From contig CAWDVR010000001.1 of assembly GCA_963805975.1 (NCBI GenBank), positions 224,001 through 288,000 on the forward strand: a stretch of 64,000 nucleotides of DNA, written 5' to 3'. Position 1 is the stretch's first letter. Each line of letters opens with the position of its first letter. The position numbers were made by a program, and so were the translations under genes. Positions 27,050 to 37,738 of this stretch are shown piece by piece. This DNA is from an uncultured Acidobacteriota bacterium. Lineage in GTDB: Bacteria > Acidobacteriota > Thermoanaerobaculia > Multivoradales > SZUA-115. The notes under the pieces were generated by a model. The model worked only from the letters and a program-made list of their open reading frames with translations, did not search any database and was not told the origin of the DNA.

Positions 27050-28333
27050 GTGACGGCGACCGCTACCCATCGCGCCATCGATGCGGTCTGGAGGATCGAG
27101 TCCGCCAGGCTCATCGCCGGTCTCGCGCGGATCGTGCGCGACGTGGGCCTCGCCGAGGATCTTGCTCAGGACGCTCTCGTCGCGGCCCTCGAGCAATGGC
27201 CGGAGTCCGGCGTCCCACAGAAACCGGGCGCCTGGCTCATGGCTACCGCGAAGCACCGCGCCATCGACCGCTGGCGCCGGCACGAGCTCGCGGCGCGCAA
27301 GCACGAGGAGCTCGGGCGTGAGATCGAGGCCCGCCAGGAGGAGGCGCTGGCGGACCTGGACTCCGCGCTCGACGACGATGTCGGCGACGATCTCCTGCGG
27401 CTCATGTTCATCTGCTGCCATCCGGTGCTCTCCTCCGAGGCACGGGTGGCGCTCACCCTGCGCCTGCTCGGCGGTCTGACCACCGGGGAGATCGCGCGCG
27501 CCTTCCTGGTGCCGGAGCCGACCGTCGCGCAGCGCATCGTCCGCGCCAAGCGGACCCTGGCCGAGGCGCACGTGCCCTTCGAGGTCCCGGGCAAGGCCGA
27601 GCTCGCCGCCCGCCTCTCGTCCGTGCTCGAGGTCGTCTACCTGGTGTTCAACGAGGGCTACTCGGCGACCGCCGGCAGCGACTGGATGCGCCCCGGGCTC
27701 TGCGAGGACGCGCTCCGCCTCGGCCGCATCCTGGCCGGGCTCGCTCCGGAGGAACCCGAGGTCCATGGCCTCGTGGCGCTGATGGAGATCCAGGCCTCGC
27801 GCTCCCGCGCGCGAAACGGCCCGTCGGGGGAGCCGGTCCTGCTGCTCGACCAGGACCGTGGGCGCTGGGACCAGCTCCTCATCCGCCGAGGTCTCGCGGC
27901 TCTCTCGCGCGCCGAGAGGCTCGGCGGCGCCCGGGGTCCGTACGCGCTCCAGGCCGCGATCGCCGCCTGCCATGCTCGGGCGCGGACCGCGGCCGAGACC
28001 GACTGGGCACGCATCGCGGCGCTCTACCAGACGCTCGCCGGGCTCGCGCGGTCTCCCGTCGTGGAGCTGAACCGTGCGGTGGCCGTGGGCATGGCATTCG
28101 GCCCGGCGGCGGGCCTCGAGATCGTCGACGCGTTGACCTCGGAACCGCTGCTCGAGGGCTACCACCACCTGCCGAACGTGCGCGGCGATCTCCTCGCCAA
28201 GCTCGGCCGCCTCGACGAGGCCTGCGCGGAATTTGAGCGCGCGGCGGCGCTCACGCGCAACACTCGCGAGCGCGAGATCCTCCTCGCGCGTGCCGCCGCC
28301 TGCGCCGCGAAGAAACCGCGCTCGACGCACTGA
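27050..28333 (+). CDS. ECF42-type sigma factor with a C-terminal TPR/DUF6596 extension
   Basis: LAEDLAQDALVAALEQWP, DDLLRLMFICCHP, QRIVRAKRTL, YLVFNEGY, GPYALQAAIAACH, VVELNRAVA; DGPF gene nearby. Confidence 0.92.
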   Translation: MTATATHRAIDAVWRIESARLIAGLARIVRDVGLAEDLAQDALVAALEQWPESGVPQKPGAWLMATAKHRAIDRWRRHELAARKHEELGREIEARQEEALADLDSALDDDVGDDLLRLMFICCHPVLSSEARVALTLRLLGGLTTGEIARAFLVPEPTVAQRIVRAKRTLAEAHVPFEVPGKAELAARLSSVLEVVYLVFNEGYSATAGSDWMRPGLCEDALRLGRILAGLAPEEPEVHGLVALMEIQASRSRARNGPSGEPVLLLDQDRGRWDQLLIRRGLAALSRAERLGGARGPYALQAAIAACHARARTAAETDWARIAALYQTLAGLARSPVVELNRAVAVGMAFGPAAGLEIVDALTSEPLLEGYHHLPNVRGDLLAKLGRLDEACAEFERAAALTRNTREREILLARAAACAAKKPRSTH

Positions 28334-28380
28334 GATGGAAGCCTCTCCGGCCTGGTTCTCGGAGGTGTGTCTGCAGGAGC

Positions 28381-31203
28381 TCAGCCGGTCCCGAGCCGCG
28401 CCTCCCACTTCGCCGCCTCGGCCGCGCGGCCCCAGCGCCGGTAGAGAGTGACGAGGGCTTCGAGCGTGCGGCGGGAGCCGGGCTCCGCGGCCTCGGCGAG
28501 CGGCAGCAGCTCGGCCTCGGCCTCGCCGAAGCGGGAGAGGTCGGTGAGGCAGAGGCCGAGCTCGACCCGCACCATGGCGAGCCCGTGCTCGGCACCCGGC
28601 TCGTCGCGCGAGGCGTCGAGGATGCGGCGGAGCAGCGGCTCCGCGGTCTCCGGCCGGCCCAGCTCGCGGTGGATCTGCGCCTGCTCGTAGAGCGGCAGGG
28701 TGAGCGAGCCGTGGCGCGGCCCCAGGGCCCGCTCGCGCAGCTCGATCACCCGCTGATGGAGCGCCAGCGCTTCGCGGCGCCGCCCGGCCCGGCGCTCGAG
28801 CCGCGCCAACTGGTAGAGCGGGACGGCGAGGTCCACGTGCTCGGCGCCGAAGTGGGCCTCGAGGATCACCAGGGCGCGGCCGATCCCCTGGCGGGCCTCC
28901 TCGTCCCGTCCGGCCATCTGGTAGGCGCGGCCGAGGCCGAGCAGGCTGTCCGCCACCTGCGGGTGGCCGGGTCCCAGCGCCCGCTCGCGGATCGCGAGCC
29001 CCTGGCGGTAGTAGAGGATGGCGCGCTCCGGGTCCTTGTCGTCGGGCCCGGGCGCGGTGAGGATGTCCGCGAGCGCGGTGTAGGCATGGGCGAGGGCGGG
29101 GTGCTCCCGGCCGTAGACCCGCTCGAGCACCGGCAGCGCGGCCTCGTACTCTCGCCTCGCCGCCGCGCGCTCGCCCAGGCCGGAGAGGGTCTCGGCGAGC
29201 TCCAGGCGCGCGCCGGCGACGAAGGCGTGGTCTGCCCCCAGCCGCGCCGTGAGCACGCCCAGGGCGCGTTCGAGCTGGAGCTTCGCCTCCGCGGCGAGAT
29301 GCAGCCCGCGGAGCGCGTGCGCCAGGTGGCGGGCGGCGCGCCCGACCTCCTCGTGGTCCGGGCCGAGCGCACGCTCGAGCGCCGCCAGCGCCCGGCGCTC
29401 CAGATCCATGGCCTCGGCGAACCGCGAGCGCGCCGCGTGCACCCGCCCCAGCCCATCGAGCGAGAGGGCCGTCTCCGGGTGCTCCGCGCCCAGGGCCGCC
29501 TCGCGGATCGCCAGTGCTTCGGTGAAGAGCGCCTCGGCTTCGTCACGCGCGGCGAGCTCCAGCTTCACTTCCGCCAGCCCCTGGAGCGCCGTGGCGAGGT
29601 CGAGGCGCTCCGGACCCGGGTCGAGGCGCCGCAGGGCCACCGCCTCTTCGAGCCGCGCCCGTGCCTCCTCGTAGAGCGCCAGCTCGCGGTAGACGCCACC
29701 CACCTCGACCAGCAGGTCCGCGCGCAGCCCGGGCTCGCCGGTGAGCTCGTGCGCGAGCCGGGCCGCGCCGCGGTCGAGCAGCTCGCGGGCGGTGAGCTGC
29801 TCGCCGCTCGAACGCGACGGCGAGGCGACGCGGAACAGGCCGCGCAGGAAGCCCGCGGTGGCGGTGGCCCGGCGGGCGGCGAGCTCGGCCCGGTCCCGCT
29901 CGTGGGCCAGGCGCACGCCGTAGGCCACGGCCACCGCCACCAGCAGCACCGCCGCCGCCGTGGCGGTGGCGAGCGCGGCACGGTGGCGGCGGGCGAACTT
30001 GGCGGTGCGGTAGGCGAGCGTGTCCGGGCGGGCGGCCACCGGCCGGCCGTCGAGGTGGCGCTCGAGGTCGGCGATCAGCGCTCCCGCCGAGCCGTAGCGC
30101 CGCTCGGGCTCGGGGCGGAGCGCCATCAGCACGATGGTATCGAGGTCGCCGGCCAGCTCCCGCGCCAGGCGCGGCGGAGTGGAGGAGCGGGCCGCCGCCG
30201 CAGCCCGCGCTTCCTCCGGGTCGAGCGCGCGCACGAGGGTCGAGGGGCGGCGCGCCGGGCTCGCGGTGGGCGAAGTCGCGGTGGCAGGAGGTGAAGCTCC
30301 GGCCAGCAGACGAAGCAGCAGGAGGCCGAGCTGATAGACATCCGAGGCAGTGGTCACGGGCTCGCCCGCCAACTGCTCGGGGCTGGCGAAGGCGGGGGTC
30401 AGGAGCCGCGAGCGCGGGCCGGTGAGCACCGCTTCGGCCTCGCTGCCCAGGAGCTTGGCGATGCCGAAGTCCAGGAGCTTGGCGTGGCCGTCGGCGGTCA
30501 CCAGGACGTTCGAGGGCTTGATGTCGCGGTGGACCACCAGGCTGCGGTGCGCGGCCTCGACCGCCCGTGCCACTTGCAGGAAGAGCCGGACGCGCTTCGG
30601 CACCGAGAGGCGCTCGGCGTCGCAGTGCTCGTCGATCGGCCGTCCCAGGACGTGTTCCATGACCAGGAACGGCCTGCCGTCGCCGGCGATGCCGCCATCC
30701 AGGAGCCGCGCCAGGCCCGGGTGCCGGGCCGCCGCCAGGATCTGGCGCTCCTGCTCGAAGCGGCGCACGATCTCCTCGCTGTCGAGACCGCGCTTCAGAA
30801 GCTTGACGGCCACCTGCTGCCGGAAGTCATCGCCCAGGCGCTCGGCGAGGTAGACGACCGCCATGCCGCCGCGGCCGAGCTCGGAGAGCAGCCGGTAGCG
30901 GCCCACCGTGGAGCCCGGCACCGCGTCGGCCGGCTCTTCGTCCAGCAGCTCGCGGCGAAGGTCCTCTCCGAGAACGCCGCCCCACGCGCCGCCGGGCTCG
31001 AGGTCCGGGTCGTCGTCGCCGGCCGCCGCCAGCAGCCGCTCGATCTGCCGGCGGAGCTCGCGGTCCTCGCCGTTTCCGACATCGAGAAAGGGGGCGTCGA
31101 GAAAGGCGGCGTCGAGGAAGGCGGGGCGCTCGGCCGGCGGCAGGTCCAGAGCTTCCCCGAACAGGCGATCGGCGAGCTCGAAGCCATCGTCGGTCGTGCT
31201 CAC
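28381..31203 (-). CDS. membrane Ser/Thr protein kinase with C-terminal TPR repeats
   Basis: LGRGGMAVVY, VAVKLL, HRDIKPSN, LLDFGIAK, ASPEQ, SDVYQLG; TM segment; repeats such as LGAEHPETA and LGPGHPQVA. Confidence 0.95.
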   Translation of the reverse strand: MSTTDDGFELADRLFGEALDLPPAERPAFLDAAFLDAPFLDVGNGEDRELRRQIERLLAAAGDDDPDLEPGGAWGGVLGEDLRRELLDEEPADAVPGSTVGRYRLLSELGRGGMAVVYLAERLGDDFRQQVAVKLLKRGLDSEEIVRRFEQERQILAAARHPGLARLLDGGIAGDGRPFLVMEHVLGRPIDEHCDAERLSVPKRVRLFLQVARAVEAAHRSLVVHRDIKPSNVLVTADGHAKLLDFGIAKLLGSEAEAVLTGPRSRLLTPAFASPEQLAGEPVTTASDVYQLGLLLLRLLAGASPPATATSPTASPARRPSTLVRALDPEEARAAAAARSSTPPRLARELAGDLDTIVLMALRPEPERRYGSAGALIADLERHLDGRPVAARPDTLAYRTAKFARRHRAALATATAAAVLLVAVAVAYGVRLAHERDRAELAARRATATAGFLRGLFRVASPSRSSGEQLTARELLDRGAARLAHELTGEPGLRADLLVEVGGVYRELALYEEARARLEEAVALRRLDPGPERLDLATALQGLAEVKLELAARDEAEALFTEALAIREAALGAEHPETALSLDGLGRVHAARSRFAEAMDLERRALAALERALGPDHEEVGRAARHLAHALRGLHLAAEAKLQLERALGVLTARLGADHAFVAGARLELAETLSGLGERAAARREYEAALPVLERVYGREHPALAHAYTALADILTAPGPDDKDPERAILYYRQGLAIRERALGPGHPQVADSLLGLGRAYQMAGRDEEARQGIGRALVILEAHFGAEHVDLAVPLYQLARLERRAGRRREALALHQRVIELRERALGPRHGSLTLPLYEQAQIHRELGRPETAEPLLRRILDASRDEPGAEHGLAMVRVELGLCLTDLSRFGEAEAELLPLAEAAEPGSRRTLEALVTLYRRWGRAAEAAKWEARLGTG

Positions 31204-31225
31204 GGCCCGCTCTCCGGTCGAGGGC

Positions 31226-31801
31226 TCAGGCCGCCAGCTCTTCGCGCAGCCAGGCGCGGGCCCGCAGCCACTCGCGCTGCGCGGTGCGGAGCGAGACGCC
31301 CAGCGCCTCGGCCGTCTCCTCTTCCGACAGGCCGGCGAAGAAGCGGCACTCGACGACCCGGGCCAGGCGCTGGCTCTTCTCGGCCAGCCGGCCGAGGGCC
31401 TGGTCGATGTCCAGCAGGCGCTCGGCCTCGGCCTCGACCGCGAACAGGCCCTCGTCGAGGGTCACCGCGCGCGCACCGCCGCCCCGCTTCTCGGAGCCGC
31501 GCTTTCGGGCAAAGCCGATGATCACCTGGCGCATGGCGCGCGCGGCGACGTTCAAGAAATGCGCGCGGTCCTCGCCGGCGAGGCCCTCCTGCCCAGCCAG
31601 CTTCAGGTATACCTCGTGGACCAGGCCGGTGGCGTCGAGAACACCGTCCGGGATGCCGCGGGCGAGCTGGCGGCGGGCCAAGCGGCGGAGATCGTCGTAG
31701 AGCAAGGGGAGAAGGCGGTCGAGCGCTTCGGGGTCGCCCTGCCGCGAGGCGATCAACAGCGCCGTCACTTCCCCGACCGGGGCTCCCTCGCGCGTTGCCA
31801 C
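31226..31801 (-). CDS. ECF sigma factor, TIGR02999-like (kinase-associated)
   Basis: EVTALL...LLPLLYDDLRRLARRQL, LVHEVYLKL, KRGGG, VVECRFFAGLSEEETAEALGVS, ARAWL. Confidence 0.92.
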   Translation of the reverse strand: MATREGAPVGEVTALLIASRQGDPEALDRLLPLLYDDLRRLARRQLARGIPDGVLDATGLVHEVYLKLAGQEGLAGEDRAHFLNVAARAMRQVIIGFARKRGSEKRGGGARAVTLDEGLFAVEAEAERLLDIDQALGRLAEKSQRLARVVECRFFAGLSEEETAEALGVSLRTAQREWLRARAWLREELAA

Positions 31802-31850
31802 GACTTCAGGGTGTGAAACGGCGGCCGGGTGTGGACAAAGAGAGGTGGGC

Positions 31851-33482
31851 TCAGGAGGATCGGCCTCGATCGCGGTCTCGCACCTTCTTGCCCTGGCGGC
31901 GCTGGGCGGCTTCCACCTCGCGATCGAAACCGGGCAGGATGGCCTCGACGAAGGCGTTCGAGAGCAGGCGGGCCGCCACTTTCAGCAGGCTGGTGTTGGG
32001 GTCGTCGATCGAGCCCGAGAGGTCGACGACGGTCGCGACCTCGTCGCGCGGCTGGTTCTCGAGCAGATGGGAGAGCCCGCCGGCGATTTTCTCGTAGAGC
32101 CGCTTCAAGACCGGCTTCTTCTTGTCCTGCTGCGAGCTGTAGACATCGACGTCCTTGATCAGCGGCTTGACGTAGCCCGCGATCCGGCCGTCCTTCACCC
32201 GGACCTCGGAGTACACGGCGAAGGTGCCGGCGACGACGTCGAGCTTGCCGTAGGCGCGCAGCAGCTCGTTCATCGCCGGCAGCGAAGCGTCCTCGACCGT
32301 GAGGTCGAGATCGAAGCTCGGCCCGTGGTCCTGCTGGCGGAAGGTGGCGCTGGCGAGCGTAGAACCGCTCCCCATGAACCGGCCTCTGAGCTTCGCCTCG
32401 GCCGGCCGTTCCCGGAGGCCGCTCGACAGATGGGTCACCACCACCTCGGTGTGGTCGAGGTAGACACGGTAGGGCTTGGGTGCGGCGCGATTGACCAGGC
32501 CGAGGACGGAATCCGTGAGCTGCACCCGGTCGATGCGCATGGACAGGTCGGGCTCCGGGTCCTTGGCCAAGCGGGCAGCCTCGGTAGCTCGGACCTTCTC
32601 GGCGGCGGCAGTGGCCGCGGTGTGAACGTAATCGAGAGCCAGGCCGCGAATGGTCACGTCCTCGAGGTGGGCCGCACGGTGCCGCGGGCCGTACTCGATC
32701 TCCCCGCGGGAGCCGAGCACGCCGCCTTTGATCTCGAGGTTGGCGCGCGAGCTCAGGACGCCCAGCCGCTCGAGCGGCACCTCTTCCAGCCGATAGAGGG
32801 CATGGACGCCGGGGTAGGGCTGCGAGAGGAAGTCGGCATGTCCCTCGGCGAAGCCACGGCCGCTGCCGAAGAGCACTGCGTCGGTACGGACGGGCGAAGG
32901 ATAGGTGCCTTCCTCCGAGCGCACGTTGCGAATGTCCTCCGCCAGCAGGTTCCAGTGCGAGAGCTCGAGCGGGCGCTCGGGGTCCTGGTCGACGTAGACC
33001 ATCTCCCCCTCCCGCACCTCCACGCGGTTGAACTTCAACGGGTAGATGGCCTGGAAGGCGTCCTGCCAGCCGCGGTCCTCGAGGTCGACCTCGTCGCGGT
33101 CCTCCTCGCGCAGCTGCGGCAGGTTGACGTGCAGGCGCGGCCGATCGAAAACCGCGTCGGCCACCAGGCGGAGACGTAGCAACTGCCGCCACTCGACGCC
33201 CACCTCGACAGAGGGCAGGACGATCACCGGCGGCTCCGGGTGTGCCTGCTGGCGGACGACCGCTCCTTCGAGCGCCAGCCCCAGCTTCAAGGGCCGCAGG
33301 TCGGCGCCTGCCAGCGTGACGGTGTAGCCCTGGAGCCGCCGATTGATCTTCGATTCGAGAGTGCGGCGCAGGAGCTCGTCCGAATTCATCGCCCCCACCA
33401 GCCCGACCACGAGGAGCAGCGCGGCGATGCCTCCCCACCAGCGCAGGCGACGGGAAGAGCCCGGAGGGCGAGCGAGTCTCAT
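31851..33482 (-). CDS. DUF748/AsmA-like domain protein
   Basis: N-terminal TM anchor, long beta-rich region, NELLRAYGKLDV...GYVKPLIKD...ENQPRDEVAT...NAFVEAILPGFD. Confidence 0.78.
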   Translation of the reverse strand: MRLARPPGSSRRLRWWGGIAALLLVVGLVGAMNSDELLRRTLESKINRRLQGYTVTLAGADLRPLKLGLALEGAVVRQQAHPEPPVIVLPSVEVGVEWRQLLRLRLVADAVFDRPRLHVNLPQLREEDRDEVDLEDRGWQDAFQAIYPLKFNRVEVREGEMVYVDQDPERPLELSHWNLLAEDIRNVRSEEGTYPSPVRTDAVLFGSGRGFAEGHADFLSQPYPGVHALYRLEEVPLERLGVLSSRANLEIKGGVLGSRGEIEYGPRHRAAHLEDVTIRGLALDYVHTAATAAAEKVRATEAARLAKDPEPDLSMRIDRVQLTDSVLGLVNRAAPKPYRVYLDHTEVVVTHLSSGLRERPAEAKLRGRFMGSGSTLASATFRQQDHGPSFDLDLTVEDASLPAMNELLRAYGKLDVVAGTFAVYSEVRVKDGRIAGYVKPLIKDVDVYSSQQDKKKPVLKRLYEKIAGGLSHLLENQPRDEVATVVDLSGSIDDPNTSLLKVAARLLSNAFVEAILPGFDREVEAAQRRQGKKVRDRDRGRSS

Positions 33483-33521
33483 GGCGGTCGACGAGAGCAG
33501 TTTCCATGCCGGCGGTGGGCC

Positions 33522-33537
33522 CGGCACGTCGCTTGCT
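33522..33537 (+). promoter_or_regulatory. sigma54 -24/-12 promoter
   Basis: CGGCACG-TCGC-TTGCT, 26 nt upstream of the ATG at 33564. A weaker divergent box (CGGCATG-GAAA-CTGCT, minus strand, 33496-33511) faces the DUF748 gene. Confidence 0.65.
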
Positions 33538-33563
33538 CCTCGGGCGAGCAGGAGGATCCCGCC

Positions 33564-33821
33564 ATGGCTTCGAGCCGGAAATATGGAAAAAAGGCGAGTG
33601 AGAAAGTGGAGCAGACGATGCACGAGTTCAAGCGCGGTGAACTGCGTTCGAGCTCGGGCGACAAAGTGAAGAGCCGCAAGCAGGCGATCGCGATCGGCCT
33701 CTCGGAGGCGCGGAGCGAGGGCGCCAAGGTTCCCAAGAAGCCCGCTTCCAAGAGCTCCAAGAGCTCGAACAAGAAAAGTCCGGGCAAATCCACCCGCTCG
33801 CGAGCCAAATCGTCCAAGTAG
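33564..33821 (+). CDS. small basic DUF6496-like protein
   Basis: AGGAGG RBS; MHEFKRGELRS...VKSRKQAIAIGLSEARSEG. Confidence 0.85.
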   Translation: MASSRKYGKKASEKVEQTMHEFKRGELRSSSGDKVKSRKQAIAIGLSEARSEGAKVPKKPASKSSKSSNKKSPGKSTRSRAKSSK

Positions 33822-33830
33822 AAAGAGAAA

Positions 33831-33858
33831 CGGCGCCGCCGCGAGCGCGGCGGCGCCG
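33831..33858. terminator. hairpin between convergent genes, probably an intrinsic terminator
   Basis: CGGCGCCGCCGCG-ag-CGCGGCGGCGCCG; followed by TTTCTCTTTC on the minus strand. Confidence 0.7.
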
Positions 33859-33878
33859 GATAGCCGACGGCAAGCGCT

Positions 33879-34103
33879 CTAGGCGCTGCGTCGCCGGTCG
33901 GCGAGAAGCAATGCGGCACCGGCGCCTACCGCCAGGACTCCAGCCCAGAGCGGAATGTTGATGTGTTCCTTCTCCGTGACTTGGAGCTCCACAGGACCGA
34001 GATCCACGCCGTGTTTCTCCTCGGTGTAGGAGAAGCCGCCGTAGACCAAACCCAGGATGCCGGCGATGATGAGCAGAAGACCCACGAGCTGTCGGCCGTT
34101 CAT
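33879..34103 (-). CDS. small two-TM membrane protein
   Basis: VGLLLIIAGILGLVYGGFSYT...DLGPVEL...IPLWAGV; GAGGGAG RBS. Confidence 0.8.
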   Translation of the reverse strand: MNGRQLVGLLLIIAGILGLVYGGFSYTEEKHGVDLGPVELQVTEKEHINIPLWAGVLAVGAGAALLLADRRRSA

Positions 34104-34125
34104 GATCTCTCCCTCGAGTCGAAGC

Positions 34126-34443
34126 TCAGGAGCCCACTACCTTGATGCGGTTGATGACCTTGCAGACACCCTCGGTATCGCGGGCCAGCTTCTCGGCCTC
34201 GGACTTGGCCACCGCTTCCTTGACCTCGCCCGACAGCGTGACCTCGCAGCCCAGCGTGTCGACATCGATGTTGAAGGCGGAGACCTGCGGGTCGGCGATG
34301 AGCTTGGACTTGACCTTCGTGGTGATCCCAGCCTCGTCCACCTGCTCCGAGGGCGACGCCGTCGTGCGACAACCAGCGAGGCCCGGCGCCGTGAGCAACA
34401 GCAGAGCGAGGATCGAAAGCGAAACTATTCTCTTGCGGTTCAT
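34126..34443 (-). CDS. BON domain lipoprotein (OsmY-like)
   Basis: Lipobox LAGC; DEAGITTKVKSKLIAD, IDVDT, VTLSGEV, ARDTEGVCKVIN. Confidence 0.9.
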   Translation of the reverse strand: MNRKRIVSLSILALLLLTAPGLAGCRTTASPSEQVDEAGITTKVKSKLIADPQVSAFNIDVDTLGCEVTLSGEVKEAVAKSEAEKLARDTEGVCKVINRIKVVGS

Positions 34444-34469
34444 CTGTTTATCTCCTGTCGAAGTGAGCT

Positions 34470-34700
34470 TCAGGCCGGATTGGCGTGATCGGTCGGCTTG
34501 GGTTCGAACGAGTCCACCCAGCTGTGAAGGTTCTGCTCTGCCTGTTCCTTGGTATATCCGTAGCGCTCTTGCAGCAGACCGACGAGCTTCAATGAGTTGC
34601 CGCTCACCTGATCGACATCGTCGTCGGTGAGCTTGCCCCACTGCCGCCGTACCTCGCCGCGGAGCTGCTTCCACTTGCCTTCGAGTACGTCACTATTCAT
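34470..34700 (-). CDS. csbD: CsbD family general stress protein
   Basis: MNSDVLEGKWKQLRGEVRRQWGKLTDDD...GLLQERYGYTKEQAE. Confidence 0.93.
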   Translation of the reverse strand: MNSDVLEGKWKQLRGEVRRQWGKLTDDDVDQVSGNSLKLVGLLQERYGYTKEQAEQNLHSWVDSFEPKPTDHANPA

Positions 34701-34792
34701 GAAACCTCCTAGTTGTAACTGTTAGCTCCCCAGTCTGACGAAATGGGGCTTGGGAAGATCACGGCCGCGGTAGCGGCACGACAGTAGAGAGG

Positions 34793-34808
34793 AGCAACGG
34801 CCGTGCCA
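34793..34808 (-). promoter_or_regulatory. sigma54 -24/-12 promoter for csbD
   Basis: Minus strand reads TGGCACG-GCCG-TTGCT, a perfect consensus. Confidence 0.75.
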
Positions 34809-34837
34809 CGAGAGCTGCCCGCGGCCCAGGAGCCGCC

Positions 34838-34987
34838 TTACAACACGCGTCTGCCCTGGATCACCCGGATGAGCAGGACCACGATGGCGATGACCAGCAG
34901 GATGTGGATGAAGCCGCCCATGGTGTAGGAGCTGACCATGCCGAGCAGCCAGAGCACCAAGAGCACGATGAAGATCGTCCACAACAT
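34838..34987 (-). CDS. lmo0937-family (DUF5670) small membrane protein
   Basis: MLWTIFIVLLVLWLLGMVSSYTMGGFIHILLVIAIVVLLIRVIQGRR; GGAGG RBS. Confidence 0.9.
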   Translation of the reverse strand: MLWTIFIVLLVLWLLGMVSSYTMGGFIHILLVIAIVVLLIRVIQGRRVL

Positions 34988-35042
34988 TTTGCGCCTCCGT
35001 TTTCGAGGAAGAGTTTGAGTGTTCGGTTCTGCCGAGCCGAAG

Positions 35043-35058
35043 AGCAACGGGCGTGCCA
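35043..35058 (-). promoter_or_regulatory. sigma54 -24/-12 promoter
   Basis: Minus strand reads TGGCACG-CCCG-TTGCT. A weaker divergent box CGGCCCA-TGCC-TTGCA (plus strand, 35069-35084) faces the kinase gene. Confidence 0.75.
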
Positions 35059-35101
35059 GCTTGCCTGGCGGCCCATGCCTTGCATTCCGCCAAAGAATCC
35101 C

Positions 35102-36931
<1,830 letters not shown>

Positions 36932-37049
36932 GGAGCCGCGCGGCGGCGATCAGCAGTCTCTTCCTGCGCAGTGGAAATTCCTTCCCGGCAAGAACGCGGA
37001 AAGTGGTATCGCACTCCGTATCCTCAAGCACCCACGGGGCCTCGCAGCG

Positions 37050-37065
37050 TGGCACGCCGGTTGCT
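37050..37065 (+). promoter_or_regulatory. sigma54 -24/-12 promoter
   Basis: TGGCACG-CCGG-TTGCT, a perfect consensus, upstream of the ATG at 37153. Confidence 0.75.
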
Positions 37066-37152
37066 CCCTATCCTCGGCGTTGGCAAATAACCTGGCCGCG
37101 ACGCGTGCCAGTTTTGATAGAGCCGGTTTCAAGAAACCCAAAGGAGTCCACT

Positions 37153-37599
37153 ATGAAGAAATATCTGCTCTGCCTCGCAGCTCTGACGTTGATGGTCGCC
37201 GCCACGGCGAACGCCGAGAACCTGACCGCGACGGGTACGGTCGTCTCCCTCAGCGGCGACACGCTGGTGGTCAACACCGCAAACGGCGAGAAGACGTTCG
37301 TGCTTTCCCCGAGCATCAGCCGCACCAATCTCGCAGTGAACTCGCGCGTCAACGTGGCTTACACCGACAGCAACGGTCAGTGGGTGGTTTCTCAGATCAC
37401 GCCGGCCACCACCAGCTCTTCGCTGGCTTCCGCCGCGACGCAGCCGGAGCCGGCGGTCGAGAGCACCTCGCCGACGCTCACCGAGCGTACTGCGATGGAC
37501 AACGATCAGCTGCCTGCCACGGCCAGCAACCTGCCGGCAATCCTGCTTGCGGGCTTCGCAGCACTGGCCGCGGGCTTGGCCTTGCGGCGGGTCAGCTAG
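37153..37599 (+). CDS. secreted protein with a C-terminal LPxTA sortase-type sorting signal
   Basis: AAGGAG RBS; signal peptide ending ANA; small beta domain; LPATAS followed by a hydrophobic helix and RR. Confidence 0.8.
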   Translation: MKKYLLCLAALTLMVAATANAENLTATGTVVSLSGDTLVVNTANGEKTFVLSPSISRTNLAVNSRVNVAYTDSNGQWVVSQITPATTSSSLASAATQPEPAVESTSPTLTERTAMDNDQLPATASNLPAILLAGFAALAAGLALRRVS

Positions 37600-37625
37600 C
37601 AATCTCGGCTAGGCCTGCTGCATGA

Positions 37626-37682
37626 CGGCGGGTGTCCGGACGTGAGGCTCGAGGCCTCCCCGGCGCCCGCCGATTTGTTTTA
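37626..37682 (+). terminator. probable intrinsic terminator
   Basis: GGCGGGTG...CGCCCGCC stem followed by ATTTGTTTT. Confidence 0.5.
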
Positions 37683-37738
37683 GATCACGTTTCTTTTTCG
37701 ATCATTGGTGCAGATTCTCATCGCAGAGGGAGACCTCC

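Noticed and set aside
37096-37111. Minus-strand TGGCACG as a further sigma54 box
   Set aside because: It lacks the TTGC -12 element and points at no credible gene.
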